Shown here: positions 37,258 through 50,021 of the stretch, one piece after another
Numbering within the stretch: the first letter of the stretch is position 1
How the letters are laid out: each line of letters starts with the position of its first letter
Source: Azolla caroliniana
Lineage: Eukaryota > Plantae > Polypodiophyta
Length of the DNA stretch: 64,000 bases
Assembly (NCBI GenBank): GCA_043228905.1
Contig: JBHGNT010000002.1
Span: 27,838,001-27,902,000 of the forward strand
Direction: 5' to 3'
The notes under the pieces: generated by a model
The model's input: the letters and a program-made list of their open reading frames with translations, nothing else
What the model was told of the DNA's origin: nothing
Database searches by the model: none
Translations under genes and position numbers: made by a program

Positions 37258-39777
37258 TAGAAAGAACTTCTGACCGAACCAGCCATCATGTTTGAAGCAA
37301 AAGTAGAATTGAAAATGTTTTTGGGTCCTTCTCTCCTCATGAATGGATGGATGGATTTATGGTTGGCATTAGCTTTGTTTTGATGTTGTTGTCGTTCTCA
37401 CCGAACCAACCATCAACTTTTGTATTGCTAATGATTTTATAATACCAAGGTGTATCTTTTGTTAAAAAAAAAAACAGAAGAAAATATTTTCAAATTGACA
37501 ACAATGTCCTTATTTCTATGTGAAATGACTCATCCTTATTGAACTTTCTTTTGAATTATAACTAGTTTGTTGAAATGTTTTCTTCTTAAAATATTATGCA
37601 AAACTATCCACGTATCTTTTGCCAATTCACAACTTCTTAACAATCGTTCTATAGTGTGTCAGATTAATGTACTTATGACCCCCTCCGTGACCCTTCGGAT
37701 TAAGAGTCTATCGATATGAAAACCATGTTTTGGGTCGAAAATGTTTGGAAATAAACGAACATTATAACATGATTATATGGAAGAAATTTTGTAGCAACAT
37801 CTTTCAACACAAAAAAGATTTATTATTAGATACAATCAATGCACAAGATGCAATGGTTGTAATAAATCCTTGATACAATTTTATTGTGTTTAGAAAAAAA
37901 GTGATAATACAACCAACTAAGATCAAGAGAATCAAAATAAATAACAACAAGAAGAAGTGAAACAATGATGCAAGCTCTTTTTCTAATGCATCACTTTTGT
38001 TCCTCTATTCTTTACAATTGAATATCCTCATGGATTAGAATCCCACACTAAAGAACACCTACAAAATTGAGTTCATATGTGTATGCCTTATTCACACATT
38101 GAGATTTTGTGATTTGAAGCATGAATATGCCTTCTTAGGAAAGAGACACACATTGAGAATTCTTGTGTACTTAGGTCCCTTGGGTCAATGTTGGCCTCTT
38201 TATGGATGCTAAAAATATCAAAATATCTTTTATTCACATGTACACACACATATGACCATCTATAGATTGATTTTCAAAGGACGCGTGTTTGACGAGTCGT
38301 TAAACATGTATGATATTGTTCTTTACATTACGTTTTAATGGCATGACCACACATGTTCTTCTTCTTAAGTGTTGCTTTCTCTAGCAAGAGATATGACAAT
38401 ATATCTAAATATTTCACAAAGAAGAGATACCCTGACAAGGAGACCATATCCAACTAGGGATTCATTTTACATTTGCCAACTATCTATTATAACCACACAT
38501 TTGGATGGAATAACTATTAAATCTTGTTTAGCACAACCATATGGTAAATTACTAAATTGCATTGATTCAAAACCATGCAGTTAAGATGGAGACTGGATGA
38601 CCACATCATCAAGATGTCCATTTACAATGACAATTGTAAATTGGTTGGATTCAAACACAAGTTTACTAGTTGTAACTTGTAACACTAAATCCACTTCAAA
38701 TTTAGACATAGAAAGAGAAAGAGAGTTGTAAAATGTGTTTTAAAAAATATATGTGACTTTAAAGAGTGAGTTGAGTTCTTCAAAATAGAACATATTTTTT
38801 ATCCTCCACAAGGAGGCCAAAATTGACCTACAAGATCAAATAACTATATATTGTAGGTGACTCCTTCCTGATGAGGGGGTTATTACTCTGTAGTAAAAAC
38901 TTTATATGTGAAAATAATGCATGCAACCTCCTAAGTGGGCTTTGAGGATGAGACTTAAAATTATCATGCCTGCCTAACAAGTCATCATACTTCTCGCAAA
39001 TTAACTAGGTGATATTTATTCTCTACTAGGTTTTCATTGCATACCTTGCATATCTTCATTCTAGGGGGATGATGCCATGATGCTATCTCATAATCTAAAT
39101 CATATAAGTGAGTTTGAATAAGTGTTAAGGCTCTTTTAGAACCAAGGTTCATGGGGATAACACGATGTGGTTGGATATTTTTTTGACATTTCTCATATGA
39201 CGTTGAAAGTGAAGGTGTTATATAGAGAATGACGGTTGGGGTCTATTGTTTGGAGTTGCTTTGAGCAAAAGAAAATAATGGTATGTGTTTTTGTGGTTTA
39301 GTTGAATCGAAGCATAGTCCATAGTTTGTTTCTTATGTGAGCATAATTGTTTGCAAATTTATCAATGTAGTATGGGCATCTTTAACTAGAGTTGCAAAAT
39401 CACGATTTTGAATGAATTTTCACATAGGTGGACTTGGAAGGTCTATGCCCCATTTTCAACTTAGTGCTAGTGCTAGTGCTACGTGTTTGGTTTGGTTGAA
39501 GTGGAGCATAGTTGGCATCAATTCGTTATGTGTCTAGATGCCAAAATGGGTGTCTATAACTATGAGTTGCAAAATAGTCGTTCAAGTGTGTTGTTGTATG
39601 TGGATTTGAAATGTCTATTACCTCATTTTTGTAACCATGAATGAGACATCTCCTTCTTATCGTGACTCGTGAGGTTGAAAGGTGTTATTTTGTTGAAAGA
39701 TGGAAGACAGGTGTTGAAGGCCTCTTATACTACACCAATCCATTGTTTGGAAGAAGACAAGGTTTGGCCTACTATAA

Positions 39778-40180
39778 GATGTTATGGAAGGCAAGATGTA
39801 AGTGTATATTTCAGAATGTCAAACCGAATGCGGTTGAATTAGTCAAGGAGATATGGTTGATGCTCCTGCATACTCTAAGAGGTCAATATGAAGCAATACA
39901 TGGTGAGCCTGATGTTGTGTTTCGCAAGCAACAACAATTTCGCGAAATTTGGAAAAAGGCAGAGGTTTTCACCTATTTTGGGGACATAATAAAATGAAGA
40001 TACGCTCCACCAAGATGGCTTTTTCTGCCCCCTGTCTTGAAAAGACCTTGCATGAGGGTTTCCACTACTACACATGTTGATTCATGTGGGTAGGAGGGTT
40101 GTAATAGATTGTATGGATACTTTGTAGCCTTTGGGCATCTTTTCGGTAGTACCACGATGAATCTTGACTTATGAAAAAGA
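39778..40180 (+). mobile_element. 3' terminal fragment of an L1 related to 33700-35360
   Basis: LWKARCKCIFQ...VKEIWLMLLHTLRGQYEAIHGEPDVVFRKQ closely matches ORF 35025-35360; ends in an A-rich tail. Confidence 0.8.
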
Positions 40181-41798
40181 AGAAGGTGTTATTTTGTGGT
40201 TATTCTCATTATTAGAAAAGTGAAGGCATTTTCTATACGAGGAGAGCCATAAATGTAAGTTGGCATGGCATCTCGTTCCCCATTTGATTTGGTCCCGTGA
40301 ATCATAAAGGGCTCACATTGTTGAGTTGTTATGGGGTCAAATATGTCATATGCACAAGATTCAGTGTAGTTCCACCTTTGTGAAAATAAATCTTTTTATG
40401 TAGAAAATAGGAAATAGGAAAGAGATTTCATGAAGAAAAAAAGAAAAGAAAAGTGATTACTAAGCAATGAATGAAGCATATGAAACATGGTGTGGGACCT
40501 AGGTAGGGGCACGGTCATGAGCTGTAGTGATTTTTTAAGTATTTCACCAAAGAAAGAAAGAGTTGTTTTTTGTTAGAAGCCAAATTGACATATGAGACAA
40601 AACTATGGTGCGTATATGTTCTTTGATATCCATTTAACAAAACCCAAAAACTAAGGATAATGGCATGCTATTGTTCTCAGTATCCAAGTATGAGATGCAC
40701 AATAAGGGGGAACATTAGAGATTGTTTCACATGGGTAGGTGTCCTAATAGCCCCATATGATGCTAGATACAAAGACACTAGAGAGATGTTTTTTCATGAT
40801 CTTGCAAAGGAAGCAACAACATGATCTATGTAGAAATATTACAAGTCCTACCTATCAAGGGTGCCAAATTGATCAAATATTTTCTCCTAGATAGATAGAG
40901 GAAAGAACAAAAGGTTAAGCATTTAACCCCTACTTTCCATTCTGTCATCTAGTAAGCTAGACCATTTATGGACTTTTGAACTCAACTATGTGGGTTAGAC
41001 ATTAAACCCTAAACCCACAAATTAAAGCTATCAATTGTCTACTGCTACTACTATTCTCTCATAAGGAGAACCCCATCAAATGATCATTGAAGTTCTCAAA
41101 ACAATCATATTACCAATCTTTTTGGCGAAGGGGAAGTAGCACTTATAACATCTGTGTTGATTCAGCAAATTATACGGAGAATGCATCACAAGCTTTCCCC
41201 ATATATGTGCTTACAACAGGAGCATTGCATATAGATGCATTGTGTATAAATGCCTTTTATTTGGGGAAAGCACATATTTTGAGCATTGCGTATAGATGCA
41301 TTTTGTATAAATGCCTTTTACTTGGGGAAAGCACATACATGAGCACATATTTGGGGAAATTATATTTTGCTCAAAAGGCATCTTTTTTCCTTATGAAAGG
41401 CACATCTCGACATTGATTCACTTGTAGTGTGATTGGAAGGGTCTTGTTTCTATTAGATGATATCAAGTGTATGTATGAATGAAATAATGGACATTATTCC
41501 CATGGGTCAAAACTGGTTTCTTTATGGACAATAAAAATTCTAATTTTAATTCTAATTGTAAAAGGGGCAATTGATATTCAACAGTAGCAATGGGCCCGGT
41601 TTCGGCTCAAATTGAACTGAACCGTTAAACTGTGGCTTAACGGTTTATTGGTTCAAAAATAAATAAACCATTTGGTTTGGTTTCACATGTTATGATTCGG
41701 TTTGTTTTCGGTTCGGTACGGTTTTGAATTTCATGGTTTAACGATTTAGCGATTTCAGTTTTTGTGGTTTGGTTTAAAGGTTTAAAGGTTAAAAAATA

Positions 41799-42081
41799 GG
41801 GAAAAATACTAGGATACCCTTGGAAGTTCCAAATTTACCAAACTACCCCTATGTCCAATAAAATACACTTTATAAAGTAATTATACACTCAAATCTACAA
41901 GCCCTATTTACCAAAATACCCTTAAAATACAAATTTCTTTACTTAAGAGATTCTTTGGGTCCTTTGTACTTCCTTTATAAAGTATATTCTTTTGGACATA
42001 AGGGTAGTTTGATAAATTTAGAACTTCCAAGGGCATTCTGGTAAATAGACGAACTTCCAAGGGTATCTTGGTACTTTTCCC
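41799..42081. mobile_element. Mutator-like MITE nested in the hAT MITE
   Basis: TIRs GGGAAAAATACTAGGATACCCTTGGAAGTT / AACTTCCAAGGGTATCTTGGTACTTTTCCC; perfect 9-bp TSD TAAAAAATA. Confidence 0.88.
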
Positions 42082-42180
42082 TAAAAAATATTCTTAAATT
42101 TTCACCTCTAGGCTAATTTTAAACCTCTAGGCTTTAACTTATTAAATTTTATGTACATTATAAGCAGAGTGTCCTTTTGA

Positions 42181-42360
42181 TGTATGATTATCAAATTTAT
42201 GATAAGTATGATGACCAAATTTATAATATGTATGATGACTAAATTAATGAAAGGTATGATGACCAAATTTATAATAAGTGTGATAACTAAATTTATGATA
42301 AGTATGATGACCAAATTTATGATGATTTTCTCACATAAATTCATAATATGTATGATAATC
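42181..42360. repeat. 24-bp minisatellite, about 7 copies, inside the hAT MITE
   Basis: Unit approximately GTATGATGACCAAATTTATAATAA. Confidence 0.85.
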
Positions 42361-42948
42361 AATATCTCAAAAAAATGATTTGGTTTGGTTCTAAAATTTC
42401 CGTAAACGGTTTGGTTTGGTTTTTATGATAAATAAATGGTTTGGTTTGGTTTGGTTTTAAGGCCGAGAAACCGAACTGAACCGGGCCCATTGCTATTCAA
42501 CAGTTACCATTGTTTAAGCTCCCTCTCTCAACACAAAGCACAAGCACAAAACTTGAAGGGAACTTCAGCAAAAATGCTGAAATAAAATCCCATTACATTT
42601 CACTCTTTTTAAGAAAATGTCACCACAAGTTTTCTTTCACTTGAAAGTCAAGAAAAGACATTTTCTTTCAATACCAAGACAAAACATTTCTATTTTTCTT
42701 TCATTTGATTAAATGGGAACTACTTAGAACAAAAACATGTGCACACATTTCTAAATTTGTGAGCACAAGTGGTCCATATGGCAGAGAAAATTACTATAAA
42801 ATGCAAATGTATGTATAATAGTACAGATCTCTTATTTTTGAAATAGTGAAGATGTTTACATGAAATGCTCAATCAATTGAGCAAAAAGATTTTGATGGGT
42901 ATCATGGAAAAAACGACCGGTTTAGGGTTTGTGAATGGAACTACTCAC

Positions 42949-45900
42949 TTACCAATTGAATGGGCTGGCTCCTACAAAGAAGACATCATTCTCCACATCT
43001 CGGATCCATTGACATACACGATTGCAAACCACTATCGCAGAACTCTACATTATCAAGATCAATTAGTAAAAAACATATTATTATTTAACAAAACTTTGGA
43101 TGTGTTAAGGTCTCCCCACAAGTGGGTTTGATAAGACATACCTTCTCTGCCAAGGGATCAAACGCTGCAAAAAATTCAAAATCGCCTGTACTCCAAGCCA
43201 ATAGAACTGTCATAGAGAAGGTAACAAAATCATGTTCACCTACACTGGAATACGCTGTAATAGCAAGTTTAACATCATGATCACACAAACACTTATAACG
43301 ATGTTAGCACAAATACCATGATTTTCATCTCTTCTATACTGCATTTGATGCGGTCCAGCAGGAGCATTGTGTATAGATGCATAGAGTCTCTCATATGCAC
43401 GGAAGAGCCTGATTAAAAAATAATGGAATTGACACAATTTTACATAATTGAATTTACCATTACTTGCAAAAACGAGATTTCCATAGATGGAGAATTACTA
43501 TTTGTTAAGATATTGAGTCTTTTCATAGTTTAAATTGATCAGAAGAACCATGTTGCACCTTTTCTGTGATTGTGATGTGTGCAAAGGAGATGAAAATTCT
43601 GATGACACATATTGGTCTAGATAAACACTTCGATATATGAAATGCCAGAGACCCGCCGCACCACCCACACCAGCCTTCTGCCTAATACTTAAATCAGTAG
43701 TTTCAGGTATCATTCGGGTGGGTTTTGCTAGGGAACCATACAAAAATTCACCGGGTAATTCCTCTACACGTAGGCCCCCTCTTGCCACTGAATGCACAAT
43801 GTCATCTAGAACACGAGCCTCCGTCAGAAAGCTCTCAACCTTTGTCCTACAAATATTAATTAATAAATGTAAAGAGAAAATATTTCTACTTTTCTTGAAT
43901 TCATAACAAAAATTCGTAGCTACCAACCGCTTGGATCATGATACCTGCATGCTTTCAGATGAAAAAATGCATCTGAATTTTTAGTGATGAATATCAAGCA
44001 AGTATCTTTCTGTCACAAACCAGTAAAATATGAAAGTAAGACAAGAAAGTGTAAAAATAATGTTTCAAAACAATATCTTGATGCAGGCACAGATTGGTAT
44101 GCATAATTAATAGTAACTACAACTAATATTTACTTACATTGAGGTAAGTGACATAAGCATACAGAAATGCCATCGCATTATAGTGAGGAAGACAAACCGG
44201 AGAGAATGATTCAGTTGTTCTACAAAGATGCACAGGTTCCAGATAAGCATAAGGTACATATTGGAAAGACAAAACTGAAATCAAATGCACATCCATTCAA
44301 ACAAGGACACCTTCACAAAATAAATTCTGTAGTTTCAAGCAGCCTCACCTAAAAGACTCGGATGATGACACAAAGTTTGACAAAAGCAGGATATCATCTG
44401 AATGCAGAGATGCTTTCTGTGTTCCTACAAGACTTATAACCTGCAAACAGTAAGGTCATTAGAGCAACAAAAAGAGTAGATTCTACATAAAGTGATATTA
44501 TGTTTATTGCATAAATTGAAGTCTTCATATAAAATGGTGCAAGATTTATAGCAGAAGAGGCACAAAAAACCAAGCCAAACAAGGATAAACTTAAACTCCA
44601 TATCTGTTCATTAGAACAAATCAAGAGTTCTAACTTCAAATCTGGAAAGAATCCCTTTAAAAAAAGCACAGAGAAGAGGGTATAATATGATTATATAAAA
44701 GAAAGAAAATAAATAAATAAAATACATTTTGACATGCAAAAGTATGTGTCATCTTCATGTAAAGAGCAAAATCCTCGACTCCATCATCATGAATAAATGA
44801 AGGTTTGTGTGTCTGGCACATTACTCAAAGCCTAGTTAGTTCTTTGTATTCACTTACCATCTTCATCTGCTTAATGCTTTCTCCTATGACCTTTTTAGCA
44901 TCAGTATAATGTTCTGACATTCCTTCTGTTCTCCACCAAAAGGAATTTTACCTCATAACGAGATTTTCATCAGCCTATACTGAAGACACACATGCCATGG
45001 AAAAGAGATGTTTAGTGGACCGGGACAGCAATGGCTGGTTTTCCTGTCACATTGAGGGTTTTATGGACGTTCAGTGTGCCTGGATTTTACTGCATTGTTG
45101 AAGTGTTTGTAGGTAATCACCCTTCAGAATTGAAGGCTGGGCAAAGTGAAACTATGTTGGAAATCTGTTTTGCATCATAGCAGTAATTGGGGAAATTAAC
45201 TCAACGATTTTCGTTTGTATTCCAGCCATACTCAGAGCTTGAGTTCTGTATGCGCTCAAAGAAACTCCACCTAAAATAAAACATTAGGAGACCTCATGAG
45301 CTGCCATTGGCCAAAAAATGTTCGAGACCATCAAAACGAAGGATATCTTGGGAGGTGTGGAGGGAAGATACGTTAATGAGGAAAAATAACAAATTGATGG
45401 ATTGTTTGTGGAATGAGGTATAGAGCAGCTGATACCAATCTCTATACCAAGAAAGAAGATAAGTAAAAAGTGGTAACGTGCAGATAATATGATGTCCAAG
45501 AGTTTTGGAAGAGATGCAGGATGATAAAGATTGGAGCTTCAAACGACTGAGCTTGGACTGATGCAGTACAGCCTTGGACTAGATAAAGTATACCAAAACC
45601 AAGGGCAGATGGTTATCTTGATATGGTTTACCCTGCACTTCTCACATTGGGTTCACCACTTTATTTCATGAAGTGCATGTTGCACATGTGTGCCCTCTAC
45701 CGACCGGTGGGGCCAAGGAAGCTCGAGGAATGATGAGGCAAATAAAGCTAGTTATATGTTGACTCAAGTCTTAATTTACGATGAAGTGAAGTAGCTTAAT
45801 GAAAACTAGTTAGGTTTATTATGAAGAGGTGTGAGACTTGAAACATAGATAATGTAATCAAGGAACAATCCTTCAGGAAAGCAATCTGGTATGAATCTCA

Positions 45901-48900
45901 AAAACTATGCTCATGTCAGAGGATTATTCTATTTTCACGTGCCAAGTTAGTAAGTATGGATACTCGATTTTACTATGGTACACATGTTCCTTATCTACAT
46001 TAAAATCTATATTTCAAACCTCACATCTCTTCATAATAAACCTAAATAGTTTTAATTAAGCTACTTCACTTCATCATAAATTAAGATTTGAATCAACATA
46101 ATATAGCTGGCTCTATTTTGCATCATCATTCTTTAAGCCTACTCAACCCTGCCGACAGCGCCTATCTGTGCATATGCAATGTGCACTTCACAACACAACA
46201 ACTTGGCATTCACTCCAATGGAGATGAATTTGAAACTAGCACGGAGGATTCAACAGTTAGACAATCATCATTACTCAAAGTCTCTTGATTTATGTGGTAT
46301 TTGGCTTGATCTTGCCTTTGTTCATGCAATGCTCTGATGGTGTTTGGCTATAGATTGAAGAAAAATCATCCTGAATAGGATTACCAGCTTAGAAAGGCAT
46401 TACTTGTTTGGACATAGTGGCTCTAATTGGTGTAAGTGAGTGGAGTAAGTATCTGGCAATGTAAAAGATGGCATGCGTTTCAACATCTGATAAAGTGTGA
46501 TAGGAATCTCAAGTCCATTTTGAGTGGCCTGGATCAGCTCGGTAGGACATCTCAGGCTGATTGCTTTGTGAATCTTCTCTGATAAAATACAACTGTTATA
46601 GCTCACTCTATCTATCTCATTCACTATGTTTTCTGCCTCTCTCCATTCGTAAACTTTCATCAATGTGCTAATAGCTAGTAACTATGTATATCAGTTAATG
46701 TATGTCAGCAACACAGTCTGTCACATCACATCGGTTATGTTTAAGTTTGAAGAAAATATTCCACTTCTACAAATCCTAGAGAATATTACAATCAAAATAT
46801 ACTAGTCACGTTAAGTGTGTTACAATAACATTCAAAGCATCAACCTGCACCTCCTTTAAACCCATTGTAACTGCAAAATTATAATAAAATAGGTAGAAAA
46901 GTGTCCTTTACCAACACCAGTAAAGATCAAATTCTACAAATTTGTATCATCATGAAAGATATACAAAGAAAAACGCAATGCACCTTTGTATTAGAGAGAA
47001 GAAGAGCAAATAATAGATCTGAATCTGCCACATCCTGAAGTGCAGCTCCCACAGCCTGCCTTGATGTATGAGAGAGTGGAAGACAAGTATATGAATGTAA
47101 AAAAGAAGCAGGATTCCTGACAATATTAACCAAGATAGCTCAGAACCACTTCCATAATTCGGTCCCTTTCTAGGTTTCGAAACATAGCACAAATGTTTGG
47201 TTGTAGTTGCTCACCAACTAAAACTATGTATCAGAGATGAAAAGACACCTTCCGTGCCCCCGAGTAATGGCCTCAGGTCAAAATTTGCATTTTTCACAAA
47301 GCATTTCTCCAAAGATTTAGTCAAAATCAGCAATAACTACATCAGGCAATTCATAGCATTAGTAGGCAATGGTCTAGTAAAAATTTATATAGCTTAATCA
47401 CAATAACTAGTAGACCTGCCCATGAAGAAGCTCTAATTGCTGCCGAAGGACCTGAAATGGTTCGTCTGTCGCACTGATTGATACCAAATAAATAGGTCCT
47501 TTGACCAAAAATACAACCTATTGGCATGCCATAACATTATACAGCATAATGAAGTATTAGCACATAGAGTTGTGACTTCCAAGCATTATGAACAGGGGAC
47601 ATAAAACTTACCTGATGATCACCAGATTTTATGTATCTTATCCGATCACCACTAAAAGTTTTACATTCTTAGGGTTAGCTTGACTGGAGACTTAAAATGT
47701 AGTTAAATGAACAAAAAATTCAATATACCTATTCTCCACGAAAGAAATTATAGCTTGTAGTGTTGCAGAGAATCCTGCAAGCTTGTGTTCATCCCCATAT
47801 CTATGTAATGACATGTGCCATGTTGTAAACTTCCTTCCTGAAGATCTTCAGTAAATTTGCTACGTAGTTAAACATTATGGGATCAACGTACCTCGAGTAA
47901 ATAGGCTTGCCAGCATTACTCAAGATAAAAAAGTGTTTCTTATGCTTTCGCCATGATGCACTGCCATCATCCTACAGAAAAAGAACATAAAAGTAAATCC
48001 AATGATCAAGCTACACTATGCAAAAAAAGAAATGAGACATCCATATTAAAAGCTTTAAAAAGTAGCCAGTCACCTCCTTTACAAATGAAGATCCTCTAGT
48101 ATAAAACACAAAGGTTTCAGTTTTTTTTGGTTTGATCATTTCTGAATAAAAGTGGCATCTCAGCAGAACCATAGTTGAGAATGGAGTATGAAATTTATCA
48201 GGACTGCAAAAAGCATAAAGTATGCAACATTTATTTATATTGCACATAAACTAGCTATTTTTTACAAGAAAGGGACTGGATATATTACTCTAACAAATTG
48301 CACGAAGGATCTCAACAGTATAGCTGGTATACAATGGACTGATCCCTCCTAAACAGCTTAAGCATAGGTGGGAAGTTTAACACATGGTTACCCTTAATTT
48401 AAAGGTCTTAAGCTCCCTTAAACTAACTCAGCTCATAGTTGATTTCACTAGAGATTGTTGCTCTAACTTGTAACGTTATACTTAAGATTGCCTGATTGAT
48501 ACAACAGACGTGAAAATCCTCAATTACAGATGATTGTTAAGGAGGAAAAGACCGAGAATAAGTAGCAGCTACAGGAGAAGATAGTTCAGAGACCCAAAAC
48601 AGAGACGTACAGTTTATTTTGGTTTTCGTTAGAGAGCACACAACTAGCACATTTACACAACTCTATAAAAAGCGTTTTCCTGATTTGGCTGAAAAGATCG
48701 TATAGCTTGTAATATTATACTTAAGATTTCATGATTGATACAGCAGAAGTGAAATTCATCAATTACACAACTAGCACATTTACACAACTCTATAAAAAGC
48801 GTTTTCCTGATTTGGCTGAAAAGATCGTATAGCTTGTAGTGAAATTCATCAATTACAGACAATTGATAAAGAGGAAAAGAGGGCCGAGAATGAGTAGCAG

Positions 48901-49955
48901 CTATAGGAGAAGATAGTTCAGAGACCCAAACAGAGATGTACAACTTAATTTGGTTTTCTTTAGAGAGCCCACAACTAGCACATTTACACAACTCTATAAA
49001 AAGGGTTTCCCGGATTTGGCTGAAAAGATAGTAGAGGATTCACAGATCTCAACCTGTCCTGTCGTTGGCCGTGAGGATGCTAATACTGAATATTATTAGG
49101 GGATAGAGATTTTCTCTGAGGTAATCAAGCATATCGATGATATGTATGCCCACCAACAAACAGTGTAGGAGTAGTTGATTTGCCTTGCTAATAAATCACG
49201 TAGAGAAGGCATTTGCATCACAATTGATTAAATGTAAAAATTACTTTTGCCAGAGGTGCAATTCCAACATGGTGTTTAAAGATCAATCCAAGATTTGCAT
49301 GCAAGGTCAATATCAAAATAAAGTATCAAGAAGTACACTAGCATGTATATTATCTACCTCTTTATGACTTCTCCACATATGAAAATTACCACAGTTATGA
49401 ACATAACACAAGTTGTGGATTATAGTGATCATGATGGTGTAAAATGTCCTAATTTCTTATCTCTTATATAGGTAAAAATATATTTTGTATTCCATTGTAT
49501 AGGACATCTAGCTTCAGGTTATTTTCTGTTACACAGAATGTGTTTACACCAAAGCTTTAACAGGTCATTCACTTATCCTTATCCAGCTCATTTCAGAGCT
49601 CCGTAAGACATGAGGGGTTGAAAGAATGTGTGTAACAAGCCTTCTGCTTATCACATATCACAGAATCCAATAAGACAAACAATTCCAACAATGAAAAAGC
49701 AACAAACCAGACAAAGCTCGAGTTTGGCACTGATTCTGCAGTCAAAAAACAAACAACCATGTCTAATGCACACAACTGTGAAAAGGCTGCTTCTCAACTA
49801 AAGGTTTGAGTTTGCTGAATGTTGGGAATAAAGGGCCATCGTGCCTTTTATTAGTGCACGAGTGTGAACGCACTCGTAGCACACTTTTGAGTTGTATATA
49901 CATAATATCTAAAAACCAAAAAAAAGAGGTACACTCTTTTGTACCCAAGACAGCG

Positions 49956-50021
<66 letters not shown>

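Larger units (their letters stand above)
41585..42495. mobile_element. Non-autonomous hAT MITE
   Basis: TIR TAGCAATGGGCCCGGTT / AACCGGGCCCATTGCTA; perfect 8-bp TSD TTCAACAG; GGTTT/CGGTT subterminal repeats. Confidence 0.92.

Noticed and set aside
42108-42378. Repetitive I/N/L and M/T/K ORFs
   Set aside because: Translations of the 24-bp minisatellite.
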